Assembly (NCBI GenBank): GCA_963807605.1
Contig: CAWECG010000003.1
Coordinates: forward strand, 160,001-224,000
DNA length: 64,000 nucleotides
Reading direction: 5' to 3'
Source: Candidatus Bathyarchaeota archaeon
GTDB taxonomy: Archaea > Thermoproteota > Bathyarchaeia > 40CM-2-53-6 > RBG-13-38-9
This document shows positions 9,830 through 20,890 of this stretch, in pieces. A program made the position numbers and the translations under genes. The notes under the pieces were generated by a model. It saw only the letters and a list, made by a program, of their open reading frames with translations, was not told the origin of the DNA and searched no databases. Every line of letters begins with the position of its first letter. Position 1 is the first letter of the stretch.

Positions 9830-10849
9830 TTGGGTGTTTCTTTACAATGCGAATATCTTACTTGCAAGTTACTCTCCTGCCTGTTTGAGGCATGCGCATT
9901 GAGGGCTGAGATTGGGGTTAAAACGTCCCAGGGTAGGCTGCTTGGACGTTATGAGAATCTCAGGAATGTTTGGGTTGAAGCTGATAGACTAGGTTTCCAT
10001 TCCGGATGGCTCTTTGACCATCTTTTCGAACTTCCACTCTTTGGGCCGTCACGGAAGCCTTGTTTGGAGGCTTGGACTGTTCTGTCTGCGCTCTCGAGAG
10101 AAACAAAGCAATTGAAGCTAGGCGTAACGTGCCTCTGCGTTACGTATCGGAATCCCGCCATGTTGGCCAAGATGTCAAGCACATTAGATGTGATTAGTGG
10201 AGGAAGATTTGAACTCGGCATCGGAGCGGGCTGGGCTAAGACAGAGCATGAAAGCTATGGCATACCTTTCGGAAAGCCGCGAGAAAGAGTTCGGAGACTC
10301 GAGGAAGCGGTCACAATAGTAAAGAAGATGTGGACAGAAGACAGCGCATCATTCCGAGGAAAATACTACACCGTAAATGGGGCTGTCTGCGAACCAAAAC
10401 CGTTACAGAAACCGAGGCCACTGATATGGATTGGTGGCGGCGGCGAGAAGCTGACATTAAGGGCTGTTGCAAAACTTGCCGATGGATGCAATTTCATAGG
10501 CCTAAGTCCAGACGAGTACAAGCACAAGATCGAGGTACTCGCCAAACACTGCGACTCCATTGGGAGAAGACTGAGCGATGTCCGAAAATCTTGGCAAGGA
10601 CCCGTTATAATTGGAAGAACCAATGCCGAAGTGAAAAATAAGATGGAGCGAGCGGTTCGCAGCGGAGACGTCAGAAGCGAATACGTAAAAGATCACACTA
10701 TCGCCGGAACACCCGAACAATGCGTTCAACGGATTGGCGAGTACGTTGACCTTGGGGTGGATAGGTTCATGCTATCATTTCCAGAATCAGCCACCGACCT
10801 AAGCGGAATAAGACTAGTCGGAGAAAAAGTGTTACTAAGCTTCAAGTAG
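9830..10849 (+). CDS. LLM-class (luciferase-like), probably F420-dependent oxidoreductase; start probably near 9899
   Basis: ADRLGFHSGWLFDH, RNPAMLAK, SGGRFELGIGAGW, PKPLQKPRP, WIGGGGE. Confidence 0.9.
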   Translation: MGVSLQCEYLTCKLLSCLFEACALRAEIGVKTSQGRLLGRYENLRNVWVEADRLGFHSGWLFDHLFELPLFGPSRKPCLEAWTVLSALSRETKQLKLGVTCLCVTYRNPAMLAKMSSTLDVISGGRFELGIGAGWAKTEHESYGIPFGKPRERVRRLEEAVTIVKKMWTEDSASFRGKYYTVNGAVCEPKPLQKPRPLIWIGGGGEKLTLRAVAKLADGCNFIGLSPDEYKHKIEVLAKHCDSIGRRLSDVRKSWQGPVIIGRTNAEVKNKMERAVRSGDVRSEYVKDHTIAGTPEQCVQRIGEYVDLGVDRFMLSFPESATDLSGIRLVGEKVLLSFK

Positions 10850-11579
10850 CAGCAAATCCAACTCTACTCATACGCGCATGCTAATAGAAGAGAAAGCCCA
10901 AGGCAACTGCAAGACCTAACAGTCGCAATCTACCAAACATGACTCTATTCTCACTGGGGAAAACAGGGTTCAACAACAAGCTTCTGTCTTGATCTTTCAG
11001 TGTAAGCAACCAGTATTCTGAAGGGGCAACTGCTTTTGCCTTCTCAACATACAATGAGAGATCTTCGGGAGCCGGATCCTGTGGCAAGAAACCCAAGTAG
11101 ATCTGTCGATTGGGCAGTGTCAATTCAGCATCGAACTCCGTGTGCGTGATGTTGGAAGTGGCAGGATTCTAAAGGGTGTACCAATCGCTATGCCTTTGAC
11201 AAACATTTTTTCCAAATACTTGTGCACAAAAGCAAGTGCCGTCTCTCTGTCAAGTGAGATGGGCGCGCCCCGTTCTCAAAGCCGACGTTGAATTCATCAT
11301 CGAAAAGAGATCGCAGAGAGTGTTGTGGGATAGTCGTTTCATTTTCCCTCCCTTGTACTCTTCAAACGTTCGTACGAGGATCGTGGCTGGACTGAGATAG
11401 CGGTGTGCTTTTGTGTAAACACTCACCAAATGGGGGATAAGGCCGACGAGAAACTTTCTGCGAATGAAGTCATCCTTTTACCATCGACCTATTCATCTAA
11501 TTAGATCTCACTAGGGCCCCTTATCTTATCTCCCCATTGTACGTGCGTCGATGCGATCTTGAAGACTTGTCTTCACTTG

Positions 11580-12641
11580 TCATTCCAGTCTTTTCTTAAA
11601 GAGCAGTATTGCCAGAGCCATTACGGAACTTGAGTAGACGCTTAGGGCTGCAAAGTCTCCGAAGACGACTTCTGGACCTGCACCCCTTGTGATTAGCGCT
11701 CGTAATGCGTGGTTCATATAAGTCAGAGGAACGAGGTAGGTAACTGGCCGAAGAAAGGTAGGCATCGACTCCAAAGGATAGAAGACTCCCGAGAGGAAGA
11801 TGGAGAGGTAGAGGAACGGTATAATCTGTTGCATAGCCTGAATCTGGTTCTTTGCGAAGACTGAACTGAGTGCCCCAACACTCATGGAGGCTAACGTGAA
11901 GATCGCGATGAAGGCAGCAACGAGGATGAGGTTTCCGCGAATCTGTAATCCGAAGAGTGCGACTGCAACACCTAACCCGAGAGCAGCCTCGAATGTGCCT
12001 ATGAGAGAGTACGTTGCCATTTTGCCGAGAAGTATCTCTGAACCTCCAATAGGTGTGACCACAAGCTGCTCTATAGTGCCTCTTTCCCTTTCGCCCGCCA
12101 GAGAGATGGCCATCAGGAATGTTGGGAGAAATTGGATAATGAGGCCGACGATTGAAGGAGCGAGGAAATCCACGTATCTGAGCTTAGGGTTGAACATCAC
12201 TAGTGAGACGGTACTTATTCTAATTCCAGGAGCAAACGCACGTGCTACTGTATCGAGTGTCGGGCCGGCTATCCCTGCCACGACTGGATCGGAACCGTCA
12301 AGATACAGGTAGATTGTTCCATGCCCGGCCTTGAGATCTGACTGAAAACCCTGCGGCAGAATCACCGCTGCCTTAACCTTTCCATCACGGATTAAGACCT
12401 CAGCATGTTCTCTGTCAAAGGTCGTATAGGTGATATGGAAGGTATCGACTTCTTGGAGGTGAGACGTAAAGGAGAGACTTGCGGGAGACAGATCCTCATC
12501 AGCAATGGCGAGCGCTACGTGTTTTATCTCGCCGCTGAAAGCATACCCGACCAAAGTCATGAGAAAAGCTGGCATCAGCAGCGAGATCAGGACGACTCTT
12601 TTGTTTCGTGCTATCTGACGGAATTCCTTCATAATAATCAA
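11580..12641 (-). CDS. ABC-2 type permease (YbhS-like)
   Basis: KEFRQI, ERERGTIEQL, LSGVFYP, PLTY motifs. Confidence 0.9.
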   Translation of the reverse strand: MIIMKEFRQIARNKRVVLISLLMPAFLMTLVGYAFSGEIKHVALAIADEDLSPASLSFTSHLQEVDTFHITYTTFDREHAEVLIRDGKVKAAVILPQGFQSDLKAGHGTIYLYLDGSDPVVAGIAGPTLDTVARAFAPGIRISTVSLVMFNPKLRYVDFLAPSIVGLIIQFLPTFLMAISLAGERERGTIEQLVVTPIGGSEILLGKMATYSLIGTFEAALGLGVAVALFGLQIRGNLILVAAFIAIFTLASMSVGALSSVFAKNQIQAMQQIIPFLYLSIFLSGVFYPLESMPTFLRPVTYLVPLTYMNHALRALITRGAGPEVVFGDFAALSVYSSSVMALAILLFKKRLE

Positions 12642-13589
12642 GAAGAGTCGGTCGAGTCTCAGCTGTATCCCCTCTCTGGACTAAGTTTAGGAAGACATCT
12701 TCAAGGGTCAACTGGGAAATCTTAACATCATAGACGGTCAAGCCAGCAGTTGACAAAGTGGAGATGACTGTCGGTATCGTTGACCCGTAGTCTTCAACAA
12801 CTAGCCGTAGCCAACTGCCCTGAATGACAGCTGAGAATACCTGCGGATCCTTCTCGAGAAGTGGCTTTGCAGCTTGGGCGTCAGAGCAGAGCACGTCCAA
12901 GCAATCTCCACGCATAGCTTTGTGCTTGAGCTCCTCCGGGTTTCCAACAGCGATCAGCTTTCCTTTACTCAATATGGCCAGTCTATCACATCGACCGCTT
13001 CATCCATGTAGTGGGTGTTAACACAGATCGTGATTCCCTCGCCATTCAGTTTCCTAAAGTAATCCCAGAATATCCTTCTAAGAGGTGGGTCGACTCCTGC
13101 TGTAGGCTCATCTAGAAAGAGAAGCCTTGGACTATGGACAAGGGCACACGCAAGGCCAAGCCTCTGTTTGAACCCTCCTGACAACGTTCTCACGAGACGG
13201 TTCCTCATCTCGATCATCTGCACAATACCAAGAACGTCATCTATCCGCCGTCTCGCCTCTGCCCTCTGACGGTTGTATATGCGCGCAAAGAAGTCGAGGT
13301 TTTCTGTGACTGTGAGGTCGTCGTAAAGACTGAATCTTTGTGGCATATATCCAATGCTCTCTTTGACCCTTTCGGGCTGCGAGGTTACGTCATATCCAAC
13401 TACCGTTGCACTTCCATACGATGGTGACAGGAGCTCGCAGAGCATCCGAACCATCGTTGTCTTGCCCGAGCCATTGGGACCGAGGAGACCGATGATCTCG
13501 CCTTCGGCCACCCTCAAGTTCACATGATCTATGGCTAAGACATCGCCGAAACGTTTGGTCAGTTCTTCGGTAGAGACGATTTTATTCAA
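12640..13589 (-). pseudogene. ABC ATP-binding subunit split by a frameshift near 12993 (ORFs 12969-13589 and 12499-12972)
   Basis: GPNGSGKT, LSGG, LFLDEPT, THYMDEA, then CDRLAILSKGK and TLEDVFL in another frame; may be a sequencing indel. Confidence 0.8.
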
Positions 13590-14009
13590 AGTAATGACCG
13601 CGTTTCATAACTGTAAACCCACGAAGGGTGTCCACAGATGACGGAGAGACATTCTCGATATTCCTAGCTAGATTCTCGTAAGTCGATCCTTTTTACGGCT
13701 TTTCCCGTTTCCTCGAAGCGCGCGCAAACTGTCATAAATTGTGGCTTAAACTCAAGGATTATGGAGAGTCGCATTCGCGTCGACTGCTATATCGGTTTGT
13801 CGCGTTTGGTTAATGAGGTTCCCACGATAGCCTTCAGTTTCCCCGATTATGTTTCCTAGTGTTTGGAGGTCTCTCTCAAGTTATTCCACTTACTTGTAGG
13901 ACATAGTATGACTAACTTGAATAGGAGAACGATATGCCACCGGTAGTAAATAAGAAGTCGAATCAAAAGACCTTAATTCTTCAAGGCAAGATACCTAACT
14001 GTAACATTC

Positions 14010-14828
14010 ATGTCAAAGATTCTTCGAGATGAGTTCTCGTCGATTTTTGAAACTGTCTTTCGAGAATACGAGAAGTATCTTTATGTTTCAAACATAATGA
14101 GCACACCGGTTTTAACTATAGATCTTGAGGCCTCCTTGGAAGATGCGGTAAGGATAATGGGCGAGCGGCACATAGGCAGCCTCGTAGTCACAGAAAAAGA
14201 TATTCCAGCGGGCATAGTGACTGAGCGAGATCTTCTCAGCAAAGTGATAGCGCAAGACAGGGATCCGGCCAAGATCAAAGTGAGGGAAGTCATGTCGGCC
14301 CGGCTAATAACTGTCAAACCTACGAATACAATCAAGCAGGCAGCTCAAAGGATGATCAAAGAGAAGGGAAGGCTTGTAGTTCTCGAAGAAGGAAAAGTTT
14401 GCGGAATAATTACCGCATCAGATCTGATTCTGTCGATACCCAAGATTCCACAGACAATGGCCAGAGTTGATGATGCTATAACGAAGAAGATTGTGGCAGT
14501 CGAACCGGAGACATCAGTTAGGGAGGCCGCCAAGTTGATGGGGAGATTGAGGATTGGTAGCGTCTTGATCAAAGACGACGGCAAGCCCAATGGAATATTC
14601 ACGGAGCGCGACCTATTGACCAAGATTCTAGCCCGTAAACTTCCACTGGAGGCAAGAATAGGAGAACTGGCATCGAGACCGCTCATAACCATCCCCTCAG
14701 GAAGCAGCATCCACAGAACCGCTGTCACGATGGCGGCGCGGCACGTCAGGAGACTCCCAGTAACCAAGAACAATGTGATAGTTGGGATAATCACAGCTAG
14801 AGACCTGGTAGAGGCCTACTCCAAGTAA
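14010..14828 (+). CDS. CBS-domain protein (two CBS pairs)
   Basis: Repeated IGSL/V..GIxTERDLL and GIITAxDL motifs. Confidence 0.92.
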   Translation: MSKILRDEFSSIFETVFREYEKYLYVSNIMSTPVLTIDLEASLEDAVRIMGERHIGSLVVTEKDIPAGIVTERDLLSKVIAQDRDPAKIKVREVMSARLITVKPTNTIKQAAQRMIKEKGRLVVLEEGKVCGIITASDLILSIPKIPQTMARVDDAITKKIVAVEPETSVREAAKLMGRLRIGSVLIKDDGKPNGIFTERDLLTKILARKLPLEARIGELASRPLITIPSGSSIHRTAVTMAARHVRRLPVTKNNVIVGIITARDLVEAYSK

Positions 14829-15116
14829 CAAAATTATCAGGAGAAGCGCATGCTCGTAGTGGGATAGAACCTAGACTACTGGACTCCAAACCCAATAAGA
14901 CATTCAAGACACAGTAATGATATTCAAGAAAGGAAAGCGTTAGGATCGATGGGAACAGAGGAAGTTCCTAAAGGCTGGGCTAGGATGCTGGATTAGATCA
15001 TCGGCTGCGACAGTTCTACTGATCTTAATGGTAGTAGCAGTTGTGGTAGCAGGATATGCTGTGTATATATCCTACAAGTCACAAGCGACAGCCTCTACTC
15101 CCAAGAACGCGCGCGC

Positions 15117-15398
15117 TTTGGAGCCCCAAACAGCTTCGGTGGCGTCGCCGGAGCTTTGAAGGACTTCTTCGACAGGGCATGGAAGATGCATGACAAGATT
15201 GCTGGTAAACCTGCTGTAGCCTTCACTATGGAAAGGCCTGGAGAGACAAAGGCCCTTCAGGAGATAGAGAGATTCTTCAATTATTACAAACTTAGAAAGA
15301 TTGCGGACGGAATAGCCTTAGGTGACAAGCCCGGAGAAAAGGAATTAGATGCCTGTAAGAAGCTGGGAAAAACGTTAGCTGAATCAGCTGAGAGATAG
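15117..15398 (+). pseudogene. 5'-truncated flavodoxin / NAD(P)H-dependent FMN oxidoreductase
   Basis: Frame reads FGAPNSFGGVAGALKDFFDR...GKP.VAF...CKKLGKTL; the N-terminal FMN-binding loop is absent; begins at a GC run (15108-15116). Confidence 0.82.
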
Positions 15399-15496
15399 GT
15401 GGAACTCTGTCTCTCAGATTTCTTACTTGTCCTCAATCATCACCTAAATGCTTGCAGCCGCTCATTATGCTATCAAGCAATCCCCGTCTTTAATTT

Positions 15497-16126
15497 TTGG
15501 TTAACGTGAATGGCATGAAATTATTTTATGTTCGTGGCTTAGAGAGAGAGGGTGCCAAGTTTTGGTTGAAGAGAGTTGGCTGGGAACCAAGTGATGTGGC
15601 AAGAGAAATTGCTCAAGAAAATGATTCCAAAAAGATAAGTTATGTTGCCGATGTTGGTGGGGCGCACGGGCGCGAGGCTCTATGGCTCGCTGAACAGGGG
15701 TTTTCCTCGATTCTAGTCGAACCAAATAATTACTCTTTAAGATCCGCGAGGAAGAGAGCGAAGAATAAGAGGCTAAATGTGTACCTGATAAACGCTACGC
15801 TACCATATTTGCCTATAAGGTCTCAGACTATAGACGTCATCGATTTCTACTGGACTCTGCACCAAATCCCAGATGAGCACAAGCTTGAGTCTTTAAAAGA
15901 AATTCAGAGAATATTGAAGCCTAACGGAATAGTGTATTCAACCAGCTTTGGATACTGGGAAGGACATAGCATGCCAAGCAGCATACATCCAATCATGAAA
16001 AAAGAAGTTTTCATATATCTCCATGTTTCTGCCGGTTTTAAACCTCGGGGTAAAATCGAAGAGAGATCTGACGATACTAGACCCTTCGAGAAGTTTTGGT
16101 ATGGAATATTTCAAAAAGATCTTTGA
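15497..16126 (+). CDS. Class I SAM-dependent methyltransferase
   Basis: ADVGGAHG motif I, TLHQIP, RILKPNG. Confidence 0.85.
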   Translation: MVNVNGMKLFYVRGLEREGAKFWLKRVGWEPSDVAREIAQENDSKKISYVADVGGAHGREALWLAEQGFSSILVEPNNYSLRSARKRAKNKRLNVYLINATLPYLPIRSQTIDVIDFYWTLHQIPDEHKLESLKEIQRILKPNGIVYSTSFGYWEGHSMPSSIHPIMKKEVFIYLHVSAGFKPRGKIEERSDDTRPFEKFWYGIFQKDL

Positions 16127-16177
16127 CTCCATTGCTATCATCTTTGTGAGATAGATCGTGCGAGAGGAGGTGATTGG

Positions 16178-16468
16178 TTGTCGGAATATCCTTTGAAGAT
16201 TCTGGAGAAGCTCGATCCAGAACTTCTTAAACTTGTTGAAAATACTAGCGCAGCGCGCGCTGCTCTGCTGAAGAAGTTTAAGCTTCTGATCGCGATGGCT
16301 CTGGGTGCGTCTCAAGGAGCGGTTCAAGGTGTAAAGTCGTTATCTCAAGCGGCAATACAGGCTGGAGTTACAATAGAAGAGATCGCAGAAACGCTGAGGG
16401 TTGCCCAATATATAAGCGGAGTAGGCAGCATCTACACAGCTGCACAAGCTCTCAGAGAATTGTTCTAG
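16178..16468 (+). CDS. Carboxymuconolactone decarboxylase (CMD/AhpD-like) family protein with an in-frame GC run at 16247-16261
   Basis: L.KKFKLLIAMAL, A.QAGVT.EEIAE pattern. Confidence 0.8.
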   Translation: MSEYPLKILEKLDPELLKLVENTSAARAALLKKFKLLIAMALGASQGAVQGVKSLSQAAIQAGVTIEEIAETLRVAQYISGVGSIYTAAQALRELF

Positions 16469-16558
16469 ACTAAACGATCATGAAGACGATATTCGTGAGA
16501 GATATTTCATCACATAAGGAATCAACAATGATTAGTTTCAAACAGGGGAATTTAACCG

Positions 16559-17314
16559 ATGGATATGAACGTCAAACAGAAATTCAGCGTGCTCTGGAAA
16601 AAGTACTTTGATAATGCTGAACTCCCCATCATTTTTTATTACACCAATGAGGAGGGACATGCTGACTTTGTCAAACCGGGATCAATGTCTAGATGCATAA
16701 TTGAGGCGCTATCAGATGTGAGGGATGGAAAGGCGCTCTGTTTCGACGCCAATTCAATCGCCTGTTTTGGGGGGAAAAGATACCTCGGCTTCACTGAAGA
16801 AGTTATGCCTGACTTCGAGTATTTTCTGTCCTGTGGGATCCTTGGTAAACTTGATGGCGAACGCTATAAGAAGACACCTCAACTTGTTAAGGAGGTGATG
16901 AAACATTCAGTTTCATTCAAGGCGCCAGCTCGATTCATCGTATTCAAGAGGTGGGACATGCTCAAAGAGTCAGATGAGCCTGAGGTTGTGATCTTCTTTG
17001 CCGAACCTGACGTTGTCTCAGGCCTCTTTACTCTCGCAAATTTCGAGGAAGCAGAACCGAATGGGGTGTTTACACCATTTGGCTCTGGCTGCGCCACAAT
17101 TGTGCAGTATCCTTATCTTGAGAAAGGTTCTGATCGTCCCAGAAGTGTCATCGGAATGTTCGACGTTTCAGCGCGTCCTTTTGTTCCCGAGAAAACAATC
17201 ACATTCTCGGTGCCAATGAACAAGTTCGTCAGAATGGTTGATGATATGGACGACAGTTTTCTTATCACAGATTCATGGCAGAGAGTTCGGAAAAGAATTA
17301 GGTCGAGCGGTTAA
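16559..17314 (+). CDS. DUF169 family protein
   Basis: C.GG.RYLGF, EPEVVIFF, GCATIV.YP, GMFDVSAR. Confidence 0.75.
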   Translation: MDMNVKQKFSVLWKKYFDNAELPIIFYYTNEEGHADFVKPGSMSRCIIEALSDVRDGKALCFDANSIACFGGKRYLGFTEEVMPDFEYFLSCGILGKLDGERYKKTPQLVKEVMKHSVSFKAPARFIVFKRWDMLKESDEPEVVIFFAEPDVVSGLFTLANFEEAEPNGVFTPFGSGCATIVQYPYLEKGSDRPRSVIGMFDVSARPFVPEKTITFSVPMNKFVRMVDDMDDSFLITDSWQRVRKRIRSSG

Positions 17315-17385
17315 CATTTTCGTTTGGGATCTCTAGAATCCGTACTTGTTTCTGTTTATCGTGGAACGTGCTCGGTATTGATTGC

Positions 17386-18009
17386 TTAACTCCAAGCCTT
17401 CAATATCTCCTCATTACTAAGAACGGGCATCAGCTTTCCCATGTTGATCAAGGATCTGAGATGGGCATCTCTGTCGCTGGAAGAGACGGCTTCCTTGGCT
17501 ATCACAGGGAGGAAGCCCAGATTCAGAGCGTGTCTAGCGGAACTTTCTACACCCATCTCAGTCGCTATGCCTGTGAAGACAAGTGAAGACAAAGAGGCGT
17601 TCCTCACCATGTATTCAAAATTCGTCCCCACGAATATGCTGGCCGTATTCTTGTTCAACACCACCTCCCCCTCCTGTGGATAAATTTCCTTGACTATATC
17701 GCCCGGCTCGAACCTCTTTCCTTTCCACATGACCAAGCGGGCCTTTGACTCGAACTTTTCCGGGAGAGGAGTTATCTTCGTGTAGAAGATGTTGATCCCC
17801 TTTATCCTTGCGGCATCTACCAACTGGAATGTTTTTCTCAAGAAATCTTCCCTGTTAAATATCGAGGCAACTAGCGCTTCCTGCACATCCCACACTATGA
17901 GAGCAGTCCGAGTAGGTGACAAGTAATCCCTTATTTGGGACAACATGGGCAATTTCCTTAGTTTCACGTGTTGCTGGTTAAAGCTTCTCGCTTCACCAGC
18001 CTTTTGCAT
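17386..18009 (-). CDS. Isochorismatase-family cysteine hydrolase homolog; start probably near 17946; Gly at the usual catalytic Cys position
   Basis: [29 protein letters not shown]. Confidence 0.85.
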   Translation of the reverse strand: MQKAGEARSFNQQHVKLRKLPMLSQIRDYLSPTRTALIVWDVQEALVASIFNREDFLRKTFQLVDAARIKGINIFYTKITPLPEKFESKARLVMWKGKRFEPGDIVKEIYPQEGEVVLNKNTASIFVGTNFEYMVRNASLSSLVFTGIATEMGVESSARHALNLGFLPVIAKEAVSSSDRDAHLRSLINMGKLMPVLSNEEILKAWS

Positions 18010-18152
18010 ACTACAGACTTTTTAAGTTGCTGTCAACTTCGTGCGCGCTAGAGTCTCTCTTCACACACGACCAGGAAGAGTACGAGAACGAAGGAAATTG
18101 ATAACGAAACCGATAATAAAATTAGGCGAATGTGGACACGCTATATGTGGAT

Positions 18153-18255
18153 GGGCTCGTGGTCTAGCGGTTAGGACGCCACCCTCACAAATCGGTCAAT
18201 CAAATCTATTTGGGAACGGTGGAAGTCCCCGGTTCAAATCCGGGCGGGCCCACCA
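18153..18255 (+). tRNA. tRNA-Val(CAC) with a 27-nt intron at 37/38 (18190-18216) and encoded CCA
   Basis: Acceptor GGGCTCG/CGGGCCC, anticodon stem CCACC/GGTGG, T-loop GGTTCAAATCC; bulge-helix-bulge formed by CTCA pairing with TGGG, with 3-nt bulges CA|A and AA|C; mature length 76. Confidence 0.96.
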
Positions 18256-18505
18256 TTGAACCGACACGCTGTCTAGGGGTAGCCTTCCTGGTGAGGCCAC
18301 GCACTCAATTGAGTCCGAACGCGCGCGTAGAACTACTATAGCGCAGAACTACTACTCACTCGCTGGAACAGTATCCAGCGCAGCCAATTTCAATTCCACC
18401 GCCAACAACAGGAGCGGTGATGTGGCCGCTCTTCCATCTTTGTATGTGTTTACTCTCTTGTCAGCTTAACGGCCTCCGTCTTCGCGAATTCTTAGACATC
18501 AGCCT

Positions 18506-19597
18506 CTAGCCCTTAACTTTGTCAGCCTCGAACTCTTTTGAGAGCTCCTCGATCAGTTTTCTCTCCTTAGGCGTCAGCGTCTCAGGAGTTCGCACATTTA
18601 TGTGGACTAGTTCGTCTCCTTGACCTGAGCTACTTTTGATCCCTTCTCCTCTCAGTCTGAGGGTGGTGCCGCTTTGCGTCCCTGGCGGCACTCGGACTAT
18701 TCTTTCGCCTTTGAGTGCCGGGACTCTTATCTCAGCACCTAAAGTAGCTTGGGCAAGATTAACATTAGCCTCATACACGAAATCCAAGCCTCTCCTGTTT
18801 AGATACGGGTGGGGTTTGATTCTTATCCTCACGTAAAAGTCTCCGGGCGGACCGCCATAAGGGCCATCTTCGCCCTGTCCTCGAAGGACCAGATGATCGC
18901 CATTGTCAATACCTGCGGGCACTTTCACCTCAAGCCGCACGCTCCTTTCCTCGAGTCCATTGCCTCCACATGTCCTGCATTGCTTCTGCGCTACTTTTCC
19001 TCTGCCATTGCAACGATCACAGGAAACGATCACCCGCCCGAAACCTGAGACGGCTTCGTGCTCGATTCTTCCTGAGCCCTCGCATTTTGGACAAGTCGCC
19101 AAATGACTGCCCGGCTCAACGCCTGAACCGCCGCATCTAGTGCACTTCTTCATTCTTGGTAAAGTGACTTCTAGCTTAGTTCCGAAAGCAGCTTGTTCTA
19201 ACGTGATCTCTATTTGGGCCGTGAAGTCGCGGCCGCGAGGGGATTCAGACTCTTGGCTAAAGGTGAAGCCCCCGCCGAAGATTCGATTGAGGAGATCGTT
19301 AGCATCGAAGCCAAATTCTGAAAAGACTTCATGGAAGTTCTTGCGGTTGAAGATGTCTTCCTGTTTGTATTGTTTGTCTATTCCTTCGAAGCCTGAAGCA
19401 TCGTACTCGCGTCTCTTCTCGGGGTCGGAGAGTATGGCGTAGGCTTCTGAAACTTCCTTGAATTTTTCTTCAGCTTCAGGCATCTTGTTCCTGTCTGGGT
19501 GATATTTCAAAGCGAGGCTGCGGTAAGCGTTCTTGATTTCTTCTTGCGACGCATTCCGACTGAGCCCTAGTTGGTCGTAATAATCAAGCTTCGCCAA
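18506..19597 (-). CDS. dnaJ: Chaperone DnaJ
   Basis: J-domain with HPD, four CxxCxGxG repeats, C-terminal domain. Confidence 0.96.
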   Translation of the reverse strand: MAKLDYYDQLGLSRNASQEEIKNAYRSLALKYHPDRNKMPEAEEKFKEVSEAYAILSDPEKRREYDASGFEGIDKQYKQEDIFNRKNFHEVFSEFGFDANDLLNRIFGGGFTFSQESESPRGRDFTAQIEITLEQAAFGTKLEVTLPRMKKCTRCGGSGVEPGSHLATCPKCEGSGRIEHEAVSGFGRVIVSCDRCNGRGKVAQKQCRTCGGNGLEERSVRLEVKVPAGIDNGDHLVLRGQGEDGPYGGPPGDFYVRIRIKPHPYLNRRGLDFVYEANVNLAQATLGAEIRVPALKGERIVRVPPGTQSGTTLRLRGEGIKSSSGQGDELVHINVRTPETLTPKERKLIEELSKEFEADKVKG

Positions 19598-19696
19598 GCT
19601 AAGCTACCATCGAAATACATCATAGATCGCAAGTGAAAAAAGCTATTCTTTCTCCTACGCGCGCGTCTACAGCCTAAACAGTAGGATCCTTCTCAG

Positions 19697-20084
19697 TTAG
19701 AAGTTATTCCTATAGAATTGTTCAAGCTGCTTGACTTCTTCCTCTATCTTATCATGTTTAATCCAAAGCTGTTCTTTCTGTTTCCACCCTTTTAGATGCT
19801 CCACGTATCCATCAATGATTTCTCTTAAAAGCTCCGGGTTGATTTCTATCTGTCTTCCCTCATTAATCCATAGTTCCAATTTAGGAATCAAACTATGGGC
19901 TGGATTAAGTATGAAATCTTCAATTCCCTTATCTTTGAGTACCTGATCTTTGATGTACCATTGTATTGAGTGCAAGAGCGGCTCCTTGTTTTGTGCGACT
20001 TGCTCCTTTGGGATGATCAAAGGTTTCACAAATATTAGATGGACGGATGGCATTCTTGAGTCTTTCCTCCTGCATAGCCGGCGA
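19697..20084 (-). CDS. Hypothetical protein, probably 5'-truncated at the GC run at 20085-20092
   Basis: Protein-like open frame; the track ORF reads through the run as RRARRR. Confidence 0.5.
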
Positions 20085-20164
20085 CGCGCGCGTCTTCCAA
20101 CCAATGTCCTTATCGCTAAAGTAGTATTGGCGCGCGGTGTCCCATTCCTATTACCGTGGTTAGT

Positions 20165-20506
20165 TTAGTCGTTACAGGGTGGATTGTAACGGTTGATCAG
20201 TAGGTGTTCAACTCTTTTCCGATCACCTTGTGTTGAATCAGGCATCCTATAGAAAGCTACATACAACTTCTGAATCGAACCTGCATGCCTTTCCCAACAA
20301 TCGTATCTATGGTGAGTACGATAGAAACCCCTGTATGAAAGTTTCTCGGATTCACCAACATACAATACGTGATAGGTCTTTTCTTCTACTGAAAGCATCA
20401 TAATGGCGTATACAGCCGCCATATAGGGAGGTCCCCACTGAAGAAGAGGATGAGGCCCCTCAAACTCTATGTCGCCCAATTTGATAGGCACGTCTGCCTC
20501 CCCCAT
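20165..20506 (-). CDS. Small GIY-YIG-superfamily protein
   Basis: AVYAI ... LYVGES ... R ... H, conserved E, terminal YNPPCN. Confidence 0.75.
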   Translation of the reverse strand: MGEADVPIKLGDIEFEGPHPLLQWGPPYMAAVYAIMMLSVEEKTYHVLYVGESEKLSYRGFYRTHHRYDCWERHAGSIQKLYVAFYRMPDSTQGDRKRVEHLLINRYNPPCND

Positions 20507-20810
20507 GACTCATAGGTTTTTCAAACATAAGAAGTTAGGACTGTCGAGTTGCGTTCTGTATCAAGGTCAGCAACTTGTTACGCACACGCATCGCGAATTA
20601 CTGTTAGCCCTTTGCTCGGAAACGTTGTAGTGATCTGTAACTTGCCTTTGAATACGCGCGCGTTCACGTATTTGCACCTAATAAGCGCGCGCTAGCTCTA
20701 TTTTTGAGAGCCTGAAGTATTAGATCTTGTTGGTGGTGCTCACCAGCTACGGATTCTTTCCCCAACATGAGGGGGAGGAATTGTGTGTGTGCTCACTGGC
20801 TGAGGAGGGA

Positions 20811-20890
20811 TATAGATATCCGACTGTTTTGTGTGGTCACGTGGATACTGGTTTTTTTGACGCGGACATCCACATGGATATTTCTAGGAT
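20811..20890 (+). repeat. Dispersed repeat D, copy 1
   Basis: Aligns with 27153-27231 (CTGTTTTGTGTGGTCACGTGGAT...GGACATCCAC). Confidence 0.88.

Noticed and set aside
10881-11490. Degraded gene on the minus strand
   Set aside because: Patches look coding, but the frames are broken and no family could be assigned.
13281-13286. GCGCGC inside the ABC ATPase
   Set aside because: Encodes ordinary FAR residues in a conserved segment; chance occurrence, not counted as a joint.
20165-20506. GIY-YIG protein as the enzyme creating the GC joints
   Set aside because: Proximity only; a small nuclease domain cannot explain added bases.
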